NCBI GenBank assembly: GCA_011816565.1
Contig: GCA_011816565.1_3614.1
Source of the DNA: a phage
Reading direction: 5' to 3' (one strand)
Length of the DNA: 64,000 bases
In this document: positions 1 through 9,519 of the stretch, piece after piece
How positions within the stretch are numbered: the first letter of the stretch is position 1
How the letters are laid out: each line of letters opens with the position of its first letter
Notes under the pieces: model-generated
The model's input: only the letters and a program-made list of their open reading frames with translations
Database searches by the model: none
What the model was told of the DNA's origin: nothing
Translations under genes and position numbers: made by a program

Positions 1-1755
1 CAACTTGGAGACAGAATAGGTGCGGTAGTTACAGAGACAACTCAGAAGTTTGAGGATGTCAATGGCAATATCACAGCGCTGGATAGGAAACTTGTTGCTG
101 CACAGAACAAGTTCACCAACGATCTGAACACTGAAAGTGGAAGATTGGCATCCCTGATTGAGACAACCAATAAAGCAACTACTGATCTTCTGAACAAAAA
201 GACAGAGGCTTTAGATGAGAAATTGGTTGCCGCCAAAGGTGAGCTGGTAGAGCAGATAGAGGGAGTTGAGAGCGGGTATTTAGCCGGAGATAAAACTCTG
301 GATGGTAAGATCAATACTCAGAGAACAGAACTTGACGCAAGCATCTTGAGCACTAACCAAGCCACTGTAGATCTTTTGAACAGGACATCTGAAACTCTGG
401 ATCAAAAGATTAGTCAGACAAACGCGACGGTATCTAAAAACTATACCACCCTTGACGGCAAGATAACTACCGCAAAAACTGACCTCAACACCTTGATTGC
501 CAATACCAACAAGGCCACCACTGACTTGCTGAATCAGAAAACATCTGCACTGTCAGAGCAGATAACTTCTGCACGTGGGGAGATTTCTACCAACAAGCAA
601 GCGATTGATGCTTTGGATGGAAAACTGACCTCCACAAAAACAGCGCTGGATGCTACAATTTCCGATACCAACAAAGCCACTGTGGACCTTATCAACGGCA
701 CAGCGTCAGCTATTCGTCAAGAACTTGCTGTTGCTAAGCAGGAGATCATTGATGATGTTGGGGATGTGTCTGAGATCAGGGCTGCAGTAGCTACAACATC
801 TAAGGCTGTAACCGACTTAGAGGGTAAAGTAAATGCTCAATGGGGCACAAAAATACAGGTAGACTCCGCAGGGAATAAATATGTTGCAGGTATTCAGTTG
901 GGGATGGAAGGGTCTGGAGGCCAAGTTCAATCCTACTTCATGGTTAGCGCAAACAATTTTGCGGTATACAACCCTGGCAATGGAACAGCAACCCTTGCTT
1001 TCGCAATCAAGAACAACCAAGCGTTCTTGAAAGACGCTTTTATAGAGAATGGCACGATCTCCTCTGCCAAGATCGCACAAGAAATTTCGTCAAACAACTA
1101 CGATGGCAACGGGTACCATAAATACGGTTGGTATATTAACAAGAACGGGCACGCCCAATTTATGGATGTGTGGGTGAAAGGCAACATCAACGCCAGTTCT
1201 GGTAACTTCACAGGGGCAGTTAACGCCACTAGTGGTACCTTCCGTGGGGATGTTTATGCCAATAATGGTAGCTTTAGAGGCACCATAGATGCAACCGGAG
1301 GTACCTTCCGTGGTCGTGTAGAAGCTTCTGTTATCCGCGCTAACCAGTTCGAAGGTGCAATTGTTGCACACAGGACTTACGGAGATTGTGCTCCAGTATA
1401 TAACTCCCAGCAAAGGGTTTGCCGTTGGAGGTGGAGATACGTAGATAACGTTTCAGGTCAGGGTAAGAACGTAACATTCTTCTTTAAACTGAATGGTACT
1501 CTTGCCAGCTCCCAACTGAATGCATGGATAGCTGGTCATCAGATCCTTGCTGGCAAGAAGTATTTTAACGACAACAACGGTATGTGTGCGGTAGGGATAA
1601 CAGGTCTGGGTGAACAAACTATAGATATTGTTATCGAGATCTACACACCGTGGTCAACGTCGAGCGTGACAGGTGTCACAATCTCCTGTCCCACTGTGAT
1701 CGTTAGTCGTTCTAACTCAAGCTTCCAGGGACCTTGGAACGAGTCTCACGACTAA
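1..1755 (+). CDS. tail fibre protein, 5' end outside window
   Basis: Frame 1 is open from nt 1 (no stop before the ATG at 145). Repetitive shaft-like units (TNKATTDLLN...LDGKI) and C-terminal G-x-F-x-G repeats (GNFTGAVNATSGTFRGDVYANNGSFRGT). Followed by an intrinsic terminator. Confidence 0.65.
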   Translation, partial: QLGDRIGAVVTETTQKFEDVNGNITALDRKLVAAQNKFTNDLNTESGRLASLIETTNKATTDLLNKKTEALDEKLVAAKGELVEQIEGVESGYLAGDKTLDGKINTQRTELDASILSTNQATVDLLNRTSETLDQKISQTNATVSKNYTTLDGKITTAKTDLNTLIANTNKATTDLLNQKTSALSEQITSARGEISTNKQAIDALDGKLTSTKTALDATISDTNKATVDLINGTASAIRQELAVAKQEIIDDVGDVSEIRAAVATTSKAVTDLEGKVNAQWGTKIQVDSAGNKYVAGIQLGMEGSGGQVQSYFMVSANNFAVYNPGNGTATLAFAIKNNQAFLKDAFIENGTISSAKIAQEISSNNYDGNGYHKYGWYINKNGHAQFMDVWVKGNINASSGNFTGAVNATSGTFRGDVYANNGSFRGTIDATGGTFRGRVEASVIRANQFEGAIVAHRTYGDCAPVYNSQQRVCRWRWRYVDNVSGQGKNVTFFFKLNGTLASSQLNAWIAGHQILAGKKYFNDNNGMCAVGITGLGEQTIDIVIEIYTPWSTSSVTGVTISCPTVIVSRSNSSFQGPWNESHD

Positions 1756-1764
1756 CCTTTAAAG

Positions 1765-1790
1765 CCCCGCTTCGGCGGGGTTTATTTTTA
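1765..1790 (+). terminator. rho-independent terminator
   Basis: Hairpin CCCCGC-TTCG-GCGGGG followed by TTTATTTTT directly after the stop at 1755. Confidence 0.6.
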
Positions 1791-1818
1791 TGCTCAGATT
1801 GACTATTGTTACAAAATT

Positions 1819-1827
1819 TGGTAAAAT
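1819..1827 (+). promoter_or_regulatory. extended -10 promoter-like motif TGGTAAAAT
   Basis: TGnTAAAAT about 35 nt upstream of the 1861 start; the same motif class recurs at 8150 and 45397. Confidence 0.3.
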
Positions 1828-1860
1828 ACCTTGTAGAGATTTTCATACCGGAGGAGTGAC

Positions 1861-3351
1861 GTGGCTAAGTATGGATTGACAGAGGCTGGTTTCGTTATAC
1901 CAACCCTAAATGACCTAATCGTTGAAACTAAGCAAAGCCTGATCCGTGCTTTTGGCGAAAACTTCAACGTACAGAGTAACTCCGTTGCAGATAAGCTGAC
2001 CACTATCTTCAACGAGCGAGAGTATCAACTTATTCTTATGGCAGCATCTGTATACGCATCACAGACGCTGTATGGGGCAGAAGGTATTTACCTGGATGAG
2101 CTTCTTGGAAGACAGGGTATTTACCGAAGAGGCCGTTCTAAATCATCAGGTACCTGCCAGTTGACAATCAACACAACTGTGCCGTACAATATGATTTATG
2201 ATTCCAAAACTTACACATTAGACAGTGGGAACTTTGTTCTTAGCAATGACGTGCAGGTAGCAGGGAATCTTATTGCTCACAGGATAAACGCTCCAGATCT
2301 AAGAATTGGGAAATACAACTTTCAAATTACCAACCAGACAGATGGAAGTATCAAAACAAAAAGTCTGGTTTTAACAGATAAGGCTCTGGACTCTTCTGAT
2401 CTGCCAAGCTTTTACGGAGAGATTAAGCAATTCATTGTCGATAATACAACTCTATTGAACGACGATCTGATTCAGATCGATATGTTGACAGGAACGTTGT
2501 GGATAGGGTACAATTCTAATCTTGATCAAGTTGGACTTAATAGCAGGGTAGATTTCAGAGTATCCCCGATTGTAGGGGAAAGAACTATCACCCTAGATGT
2601 TATAGCTAACGAGGCTGGTGAGCTGTCAAGAGAGGCAGAAACCGTGACAACAATGTCGCCTACCCCCAGTGGATTTATTAAGCTTACCAACCGAGAAAGA
2701 TTCAATGAGGGAAGGGATGTTGAAAAAGACTCAGAGTATCGCTTAAGAGCTTCCAGCACAAAACAGTTAACATCGAAGGCTACCCGTCCTGCAATCCTTA
2801 GCGCTGTAAGCGAGGTAAAAGGTGTTGAGAAAGTGAGAGTGTTCTCCAACAACACCGATAAAACTGATGCTAAAGGTATACCTCCTTACAAGTTCCAAGT
2901 GGTTGTGTTTGGTGGTGCAACGGAGGACATTTGCCAAGCACTTTACCAAACTATAGCCTGTACGAACAGGACTTATGGTAATATTTTCTACGATATCACT
3001 ACATCTGACGGTCAAACTGAAAGAATTTATTACTCCAGGGCAAATACCTACCGCCTAGATGTAAGAATTACCTATTCCGGTGCTGCGCTTTCCACAACCG
3101 AAAAAGATGCCATTGTAGAGGCTCTTTTACAGGTTGTTAACGGACTGGATGTTGCAGATACGTTGTACAATATCCAATTGGTCGGTGCTGCATCTGCTGC
3201 TGTGTCAATAGGCAGATTTAATAGACTGGTAATTCAAGTTAAACCAGTAGGAGCTTCTGATGAAGCTTACACTACAAACGATATTGTTGCGAACATGACC
3301 GAGGTGTTTGACCTCGACGAAAGTAATATAACTTTCCAACAAACTATTTAA
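1861..3351 (+). CDS. baseplate J-like (wedge) protein
   Basis: GTG start 5 nt after GGAGGAG. N-terminal pattern (LTEAGF..PTL.DL....K..L...FG.N.N...NSV; LYG.EG.YLD.L) resembles baseplate J/gp6-like proteins; position in tail module. Assignment by motif memory only. Confidence 0.45.
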   Translation: MAKYGLTEAGFVIPTLNDLIVETKQSLIRAFGENFNVQSNSVADKLTTIFNEREYQLILMAASVYASQTLYGAEGIYLDELLGRQGIYRRGRSKSSGTCQLTINTTVPYNMIYDSKTYTLDSGNFVLSNDVQVAGNLIAHRINAPDLRIGKYNFQITNQTDGSIKTKSLVLTDKALDSSDLPSFYGEIKQFIVDNTTLLNDDLIQIDMLTGTLWIGYNSNLDQVGLNSRVDFRVSPIVGERTITLDVIANEAGELSREAETVTTMSPTPSGFIKLTNRERFNEGRDVEKDSEYRLRASSTKQLTSKATRPAILSAVSEVKGVEKVRVFSNNTDKTDAKGIPPYKFQVVVFGGATEDICQALYQTIACTNRTYGNIFYDITTSDGQTERIYYSRANTYRLDVRITYSGAALSTTEKDAIVEALLQVVNGLDVADTLYNIQLVGAASAAVSIGRFNRLVIQVKPVGASDEAYTTNDIVANMTEVFDLDESNITFQQTI

Positions 3352-3362
3352 GGCGGCGAGAT

Positions 3363-4049
3363 ATGGCAGAGATTAAGTCGGATGTTAACCACATCCACAC
3401 TCTGCCAGATTTTGTTCAGGGAGGTCTTGACTACCTGCCTGGAGATTTTCTGGCTGAGAAGGTTAATTTAGTCACATTCTTAACCGTGTACCTTAAAAGG
3501 TTGGAGGATGTTGATAAGATGCTGGTAGGTTTGGCTGAAGGAAGATTGCTTAACAATGCCAGCGGAAGATACCTTGACGAAGTTGGTAATCAGCTTGGTA
3601 TTCTTAGGAATGGACTTTCAGATGCTGATTTTCGTGCCACACTAATTATTCAGCAGGCTGCAGCATCAAGGGGCGGGACTCGCGAAGATGTCATCTCCAC
3701 CTTGCGACAATTGTTCGGAAGAGACAATTTCGATACGTGGAAAGGAGACAACTTCAGGTTTGACATAAATATTAGAAAAACTTGCTTTGACATATTGCAG
3801 TCTATCGATCAGATCTTAGATATGCTACCATTACCTTGTCATTTGCGTCTTACAGAATCGCAAGGGCAAGCTTTTGGTTTTGAAGGGGACTCTACAGCTC
3901 TTGGCTTCGGATCAGTGTGGGAAGAAAGCCAATTCGGAGTTGGTGGGCTGGCTACTTTGCTATATGTTCCTGACGTAAGACCTGATTGGGACACCACAAC
4001 CATTTATTGTGAAAGTATTACAGTAAACGCAACTAGACAGGAGGGTTAA
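3363..4049 (+). CDS. putative baseplate/tail structural protein
   Basis: 228-aa ORF immediately after the J-like gene with RBS; no specific motif recognised. Confidence 0.4.
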   Translation: MAEIKSDVNHIHTLPDFVQGGLDYLPGDFLAEKVNLVTFLTVYLKRLEDVDKMLVGLAEGRLLNNASGRYLDEVGNQLGILRNGLSDADFRATLIIQQAAASRGGTREDVISTLRQLFGRDNFDTWKGDNFRFDINIRKTCFDILQSIDQILDMLPLPCHLRLTESQGQAFGFEGDSTALGFGSVWEESQFGVGGLATLLYVPDVRPDWDTTTIYCESITVNATRQEG

Positions 4050-6121
4050 TGGCAACAGCTGTTTTTAAACCTTACCGTGATTACTCTACAATGGCTGCAC
4101 AGTTTCATTACCGAACAGTTCAGGATACTGCCGTTCCTGGTAGGGATTATAATCATGTTGAGGGCGATATAACTATCCCAGTTGGGGCAACAAGTATTGA
4201 GATCCCCGTGGAAATTGTTGACAAATTACCCAACAGGTTGCCAAGAAGCTTCTTTATGGAGTTTTCATCAAAATCCCAAGGGGTAATGATTGGAACACAA
4301 AGGGCGAAATGTACAATAGTTTCAGATGAGAATCTTGACAGGATATCTTGGGATACTGTTGAGGAGAGAATGTTTCACCCAAGGTATTGGGTTACAACTA
4401 CTCAGCAGACTGAAAGTACCTGTATTGTTGCAGATAACAACTGTTGTATTAACCGTTTAGTGTCAAGAACATATGGAGGTATGGCTGGGTGTATTTGGGA
4501 AACAGTTGACAAGTATGACCATTTCGGCATTGGGTTTGATGATCACTATGAGATGAGAAACACCAAGCTCTGGTTCAGAATGTCAATAACCAACGCCAGC
4601 AACTTCTCCACTCCTGAAAAGATGATTATGACTGTAGACCTTGTTGATGGCACAATCATCTATGTTCCTTTAGCTCAATATGCTGTCAGCATCTCAGAGG
4701 ATAAGAATGTTGCAGAAATTCATATTGATTTTGAGGACTGCGTCGGGATGGACCAGAACAACAACATGATGGGTGTTGATCCTCGGCAGGTGAGAAGGAT
4801 TTTAATACCACTCATGCCTAAAGACTGGGTAAGTAACAGCACAGACCCGAGAACGGAAAATGTAGAGTGTGAGTTGCGCCTAGATCTGCTTCAGCCAGAC
4901 ACAGGCTGGAAAATGATGCAACTTAACAATATTCAGGTTAAAGAGCACGACGTTGGGATCTGCACCGCATATGACGATATGTGGAACGTATCTCCTTTAA
5001 GGGTGTTGAACAATATCAAGCGTCTGGGCTATACCGGAACCATAAACCATTATGTTGGTATGAGTCATTATTATGACTACACATGGTCAGGAACCCAATG
5101 GTCTATAAACAGAACAGGGGCGCTAAACGCTGCAGCTTATAAATGGCATGATGATTTTATGCACAATGCCAAACGACATAACTTCGACGTTATGCAATCT
5201 GTAAGTTTTGAGCTTTTCAGCGATGCCTGCCCGTTGGAATGGACCCAAAGAGACTGGAACGATAACTACGCTAAAACAGGGTATACACCCTGTAGCTACC
5301 TCCTGTCTCCAACCATTGAAGAGGGTATGAATTTCCTTACTGCAGTATTTAAGAATTTTGCATCAGCCGCTATGAGAAACAACCTGCCAGTGATTATGCA
5401 GGTTGGTGAACCGTGGTGGTGGTACAATACCGATACTCGTAGACCTTGTATTTATGATTACCCTACAAAGCAGGCGTTTTATGATGAGACAGGTGAGTAT
5501 GCATTAGATATTGGGACTATTGACGATCCTAAAACTGGCGGTGTTTACGACAAGTATGTAGCATTTTGTCGTGGTAAGCTTGGCGCTCGTATTGCGGCTA
5601 TTTCAAAGGCAATAAAGGCACACGCTGCATCAGCTCAGATGACAGCTTTGCTGTTTTTCCCAACCATTATGGAAACCGAGCTTACGCAAAAGCTGAACCT
5701 TGCTGACCAATATAAAAAGGAAGCAGGTGCTCTTGATTTCTTCTGCACCGAGTGCTACGATTGGGTGATGCAGGGAGGTATTGAAAAGGCAAAAGAGTCT
5801 GTAAACATACCTATCGTTAAGTTAGGTTGGCAACCGTCTGAAATACAATACCTTGCAGGGTTCGTTCCTAGTAAAGAGCTTGCTCCGGTATATGGATACG
5901 ACCCAACTAGGAATTACCAAGAATTTTTATGGAGATGTATTTGCGGAAACATGGCAACTATAGAGTATAGATACCCTGAGGTAAAACAGTATGTGTGGGC
6001 ATACCCGCAAGTAATGTCTGACAGCATCACTGTTACCGCTAGAGATTCTACCGTGCTTCATATGGGGCAGGTTGCTCTGAAAGGGTATGTAGAGGATGTT
6101 GTCCCGCCAGACTTCTCATAA
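4049..6121 (+). CDS. tail-associated protein, possible glycanase-like domain
   Basis: 690-aa ORF, start overlaps upstream stop (TAATG). Central region has TIM-barrel-hydrolase-like motifs (VIMQVGEPWWWYN). Enzymatic assignment is speculative. Confidence 0.45.
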   Translation: MATAVFKPYRDYSTMAAQFHYRTVQDTAVPGRDYNHVEGDITIPVGATSIEIPVEIVDKLPNRLPRSFFMEFSSKSQGVMIGTQRAKCTIVSDENLDRISWDTVEERMFHPRYWVTTTQQTESTCIVADNNCCINRLVSRTYGGMAGCIWETVDKYDHFGIGFDDHYEMRNTKLWFRMSITNASNFSTPEKMIMTVDLVDGTIIYVPLAQYAVSISEDKNVAEIHIDFEDCVGMDQNNNMMGVDPRQVRRILIPLMPKDWVSNSTDPRTENVECELRLDLLQPDTGWKMMQLNNIQVKEHDVGICTAYDDMWNVSPLRVLNNIKRLGYTGTINHYVGMSHYYDYTWSGTQWSINRTGALNAAAYKWHDDFMHNAKRHNFDVMQSVSFELFSDACPLEWTQRDWNDNYAKTGYTPCSYLLSPTIEEGMNFLTAVFKNFASAAMRNNLPVIMQVGEPWWWYNTDTRRPCIYDYPTKQAFYDETGEYALDIGTIDDPKTGGVYDKYVAFCRGKLGARIAAISKAIKAHAASAQMTALLFFPTIMETELTQKLNLADQYKKEAGALDFFCTECYDWVMQGGIEKAKESVNIPIVKLGWQPSEIQYLAGFVPSKELAPVYGYDPTRNYQEFLWRCICGNMATIEYRYPEVKQYVWAYPQVMSDSITVTARDSTVLHMGQVALKGYVEDVVPPDFS

Positions 6122-6133
6122 TCAGGAGATAAA

Positions 6134-7174
6134 ATGTCAAAACCTAGTTTTCCATTAGAGATTTGGGCAGAGGAGGATCAGGTTCTGCCTAACACCCACA
6201 GACAGAACAGGCTACGCCCGATTGATGATTTGTGGAGAAAAGGTTGGGATCTTGGTCAAAAGCCCTCATGTGAAGAACTTAACTATATTTTCAATATGCT
6301 CGGAACTTGGGCAAAATACATTGCTGACGAGCAGATCCCCGCTCAAGAAGGCCGTTATCTGGTACGTGATAATAACTTGAGTGATCTTTTGAACATTCCT
6401 GTTGCCCGTAGAAACCTTGGGATTATTACTAAGGAAGAGGCAGACGCCAGGTATGTAAAAGTTACAGGTGATACAATGACAGGCCCATTGGGTTTGCAAC
6501 GTATCAACTTTAAAGCTGCCGAGACAGATAAGGCTTGGATAGAGACAACTATTGGCCCGGATAAGACAACTCTCGACTTTGGGTTAAGTGATAATGCTGG
6601 GTCGTTTGATGATGGTGGTACATCTACGGTAGATGCGTTTCGTTGGAGATTCCAGCCAACTCAGCCGGATATTAATCCAGAGTTCACTTTGATGTACCTT
6701 AACGCGATCACGGCTAATCGTGCGCTGTTGAAAGTGGTAGGCAATGTTGAAGTTGTCGATAACATGAGGTGCAATAACCTTACTATCAGCAATACAGCAA
6801 CATTCACCAACTGTAATGTGGCCAGTCAGTTGACGGCTGGGTCAGTATATGTTAATGGTGGTGCAAGTTGTGACAGTATGGTTGTAAGAAGCCAGCACTG
6901 TGTTGTAGGTAACAGAAATGTGGTGCGCTCCGTGAATGGAGTGACGGCTAACGGTAACGGTGATGTAACGATCACTATCCCGCAGACAGGTGTGCAAGAC
7001 ATCAGAATCGGTGCAAGACTTGTGGACGGCGTTTCTGAATCTCCAATCCGCAACGGCTACGTTGTCACAGGCTGGCATTTCGGTGACAAAAAAGAGATGC
7101 GTGGTTCAACCTACTGGGCAGGACCTTTACAAAAACTTGTAAATGGTCAATGGATCACTGTTAATTATGCATAG
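6134..7174 (+). CDS. tail fibre protein (paralogue A)
   Basis: N-terminus (PSFPLEIWAEEDQVLPNT...KGWDLGQKPSCEELNYIFNMLGTWAKYI) and C-terminus (YWAGPLQKLVNGQWITVNYA) are conserved with ORF 8189-9232; centre divergent. Confidence 0.6.
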   Translation: MSKPSFPLEIWAEEDQVLPNTHRQNRLRPIDDLWRKGWDLGQKPSCEELNYIFNMLGTWAKYIADEQIPAQEGRYLVRDNNLSDLLNIPVARRNLGIITKEEADARYVKVTGDTMTGPLGLQRINFKAAETDKAWIETTIGPDKTTLDFGLSDNAGSFDDGGTSTVDAFRWRFQPTQPDINPEFTLMYLNAITANRALLKVVGNVEVVDNMRCNNLTISNTATFTNCNVASQLTAGSVYVNGGASCDSMVVRSQHCVVGNRNVVRSVNGVTANGNGDVTITIPQTGVQDIRIGARLVDGVSESPIRNGYVVTGWHFGDKKEMRGSTYWAGPLQKLVNGQWITVNYA

Positions 7175-7188
7175 ATCGGAGGACTAGC

Positions 7189-7773
7189 ATGAAAATACTT
7201 CAAGAGTTTAAACTTTACCAACCGGGATCTGGCGAATACCACTCCAACAAGGAAACCAAGGAGCTGACCCCTCAAGAGGTTGAGGATTACACCGCATACA
7301 CTGGGTATTTTTTACGTAATGATGATGGCGATTGGTATGTGCAGTCACGAACATTACGACAAGAAAATCCGGGTTGTATCTTCCTACTTGTTGACGAGAA
7401 GGGAATTCTTAAGACATCTACAGAAGAACCTGATGCCTTATGGCCTGCTCCAGGTCTTCGTGTGGTTATCGCCAAAAAAGAAGAGGTACCAGAAAACATT
7501 ATGCTTCACCACGACGCTTTGCGTTTAGTTGGTGATGAATTTGTCACAGATAATGAATTCTTTGTTCAACAGGCAGAGGGTGTCATAGAGACAGAACTTG
7601 CTTGGGCTACTGCTAGAATTGGTGCCTATCAAGACATGATTGACCTTGAATATGATCTTACTGATGACCAGAAACGTAACATCAGAGATTTGAAAATGTA
7701 CAGGGTAAAACTTCTTGAAATAGATACATCTAAAGCCCCTGACATTTTCTTCCCGGAGCGACCTACCCTCTAA
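7189..7773 (+). CDS. tail fibre assembly chaperone-like protein
   Basis: 194 aa directly downstream of fibre gene; C-terminal region (KMYRVKLLEIDTSKAPDIFFPERP) resembles tail fibre assembly proteins. Confidence 0.45.
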   Translation: MKILQEFKLYQPGSGEYHSNKETKELTPQEVEDYTAYTGYFLRNDDGDWYVQSRTLRQENPGCIFLLVDEKGILKTSTEEPDALWPAPGLRVVIAKKEEVPENIMLHHDALRLVGDEFVTDNEFFVQQAEGVIETELAWATARIGAYQDMIDLEYDLTDDQKRNIRDLKMYRVKLLEIDTSKAPDIFFPERPTL

Positions 7774-7784
7774 GAGGAGGTGTT

Positions 7785-8099
7785 GTGGAGTTGGATTTGG
7801 CGGCATTGTACGGTATCTGCATGGGTACCGTTGTCCCGATCTGTGTATGGGCTTTCAACCAGTGGCACACCAAATGGAAAGGCATTTCCAAGAGGTTGGA
7901 TGAACTGGAGAAAGACCTCATCTTAGTGAAAAACAGCATGGTTACAAAAGATAAACTTGATTCCGTTATCGAGACCCGGTTAAGCAAGCTAGAGGCCGAT
8001 ATTAACGACCTTAAGCAGGATGTCAGGACAGATGTCTCCGGTATCCGAGCTGATGTACAAAAGATTTTGCACATGCTCGTAGAGCATAGTAAAAGGTAA
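7785..8099 (+). CDS. small membrane/coiled-coil protein
   Basis: GTG start after GAGGAGG; N-terminal hydrophobic segment then heptad-like region; followed by terminator. Confidence 0.4.
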   Translation: MELDLAALYGICMGTVVPICVWAFNQWHTKWKGISKRLDELEKDLILVKNSMVTKDKLDSVIETRLSKLEADINDLKQDVRTDVSGIRADVQKILHMLVEHSKR

Positions 8100-8109
8100 A
8101 CAAAGGTCA

Positions 8110-8142
8110 GAACGGAAAGGACTCCGTTCTTGCATTTTGTTC
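8110..8142 (+). terminator. rho-independent terminator
   Basis: GAACGGA-AAGGAC-TCCGTTC hairpin followed by TTGCATTTTGTT. Confidence 0.5.
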
Positions 8143-8149
8143 TCTAAAG

Positions 8150-8158
8150 TGTTAAAAT
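8150..8158 (+). promoter_or_regulatory. extended -10 promoter-like motif TGTTAAAAT
   Basis: TGnTAAAAT about 30 nt upstream of the fibre gene at 8189, directly after a terminator. Confidence 0.3.
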
Positions 8159-8188
8159 AGTCCTAAGGAATTTTCTCAGGAGAACGCG

Positions 8189-9232
8189 ATGACTAAACCA
8201 GTTATCCCTCTTGATATTTGGGCCAATCAGGATGTTGTGCTTGAAAATACGGGAGAGTTGAATAAGTCTCAACCAAAAAAAGAAGAGAGATTGAAAGGTT
8301 GGGATATGACACAAAGAGTGGCATGTGAAGTTGTTAACTTTGAACTTCACATGCTTTCTGCGTGGTTAAAGCATCTAACAGAAGATGTTGTCCCAGGATG
8401 GGATAATAGATTCTTAAGGGTCACTAATAATCTAGCAGACGTTCCAGACAAAGCTGCTGCACGTCAAGTTCTCAATGTATACTCGCCTGAAGAAATGGAC
8501 GATCTGTATGTTGACAAGTCTGGAGACATAATGACCCAGACTCAAACTTTAGGCCTTCAAAGAATCGAGTTTGCATCCGCGTCAACAGACAATGCGGCAA
8601 TATATACCACCATAACCTCAGACAAGACGATGATGGATTTCTGGATTATGGACAACATCGGTGGTGCTGACGGCACAGATCTTGATGATCCTTCTCACCA
8701 AATAGACGGGTTCCGTTGGAGATTTCAGCCTTCTGGTGGGCAGCCTGTGTTTTCGGCTATGAAGCTCAATGCTATAACTGCCAACCGTGCAAGACTGGCT
8801 ATCCAAGGAAATCTTGAATGCAACGATGCAAAAAGTTCCTCTGCAAATGCCAATGCAGTTACTATACCAAGAGCCACTGTTAATGGACAACAATCCTGTG
8901 GAAGCGCTCAAATAGGTGGAAGAGTTGATTGTAACGATGAAACCGTCAGGGGCCAATATGCAACAGTTGGTGGAAGAAACGTGGTCCGCAGGGTAAATGG
9001 TAACGGCGCAGACAGTAGTGGTAACCTTACTATTCCTATGCCTAGCAGAGGGGTTGATGATGTAAGGATAGCAAACCGTTTCAAAACCACCTACAGAGAG
9101 TCAAGAGTCTACCCTGGACATGTGATGTGCTCTGGTAACTACGCTTATAAACACCCTTATCAAGGTGACTACTGGACAGGTGCTATCCAAAAACTTGTAA
9201 ATGGTCAATGGATCACTATATCTTATGCTTAA
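8189..9232 (+). CDS. tail fibre protein (paralogue B)
   Basis: Shares N- and C-terminal domains with 6134-7174 (PVIPLDIWANQDVVLENT...; GDYWTGAIQKLVNGQWITISYA); different central region. Confidence 0.6.
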   Translation: MTKPVIPLDIWANQDVVLENTGELNKSQPKKEERLKGWDMTQRVACEVVNFELHMLSAWLKHLTEDVVPGWDNRFLRVTNNLADVPDKAAARQVLNVYSPEEMDDLYVDKSGDIMTQTQTLGLQRIEFASASTDNAAIYTTITSDKTMMDFWIMDNIGGADGTDLDDPSHQIDGFRWRFQPSGGQPVFSAMKLNAITANRARLAIQGNLECNDAKSSSANANAVTIPRATVNGQQSCGSAQIGGRVDCNDETVRGQYATVGGRNVVRRVNGNGADSSGNLTIPMPSRGVDDVRIANRFKTTYRESRVYPGHVMCSGNYAYKHPYQGDYWTGAIQKLVNGQWITISYA

Positions 9233-9243
9233 AAAGAGGGTAA

Positions 9244-9510
9244 ATGAAACTAACTCAGTTTTTATGGGGACTGGTTGCGGCATCTGATGACCCTACGAAA
9301 GTGTCCCAATCTAAGCTATGGTCGAACATAGGCATGGCGGTGATGACTGGGGTGTTTATTCACATGGGGTATAATGATACGCTTCCTGAATGGTATGCGT
9401 GGATATACGCTCCTTCAGTAGCTTGCCCCCAGCTTATTAGCAAATTCATCTCGCTCCGGTGGGGTTGCCAGCACCCTGACCACGTTAAAAACGAAGAGCA
9501 AAAAGCTTAA
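9244..9510 (+). CDS. hypothetical small protein with hydrophobic segment
   Basis: 88-aa ORF with RBS (GAGGGTAAATG) directly after fibre B. Confidence 0.4.
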   Translation: MKLTQFLWGLVAASDDPTKVSQSKLWSNIGMAVMTGVFIHMGYNDTLPEWYAWIYAPSVACPQLISKFISLRWGCQHPDHVKNEEQKA

Positions 9511-9519
9511 GGAGAAATC

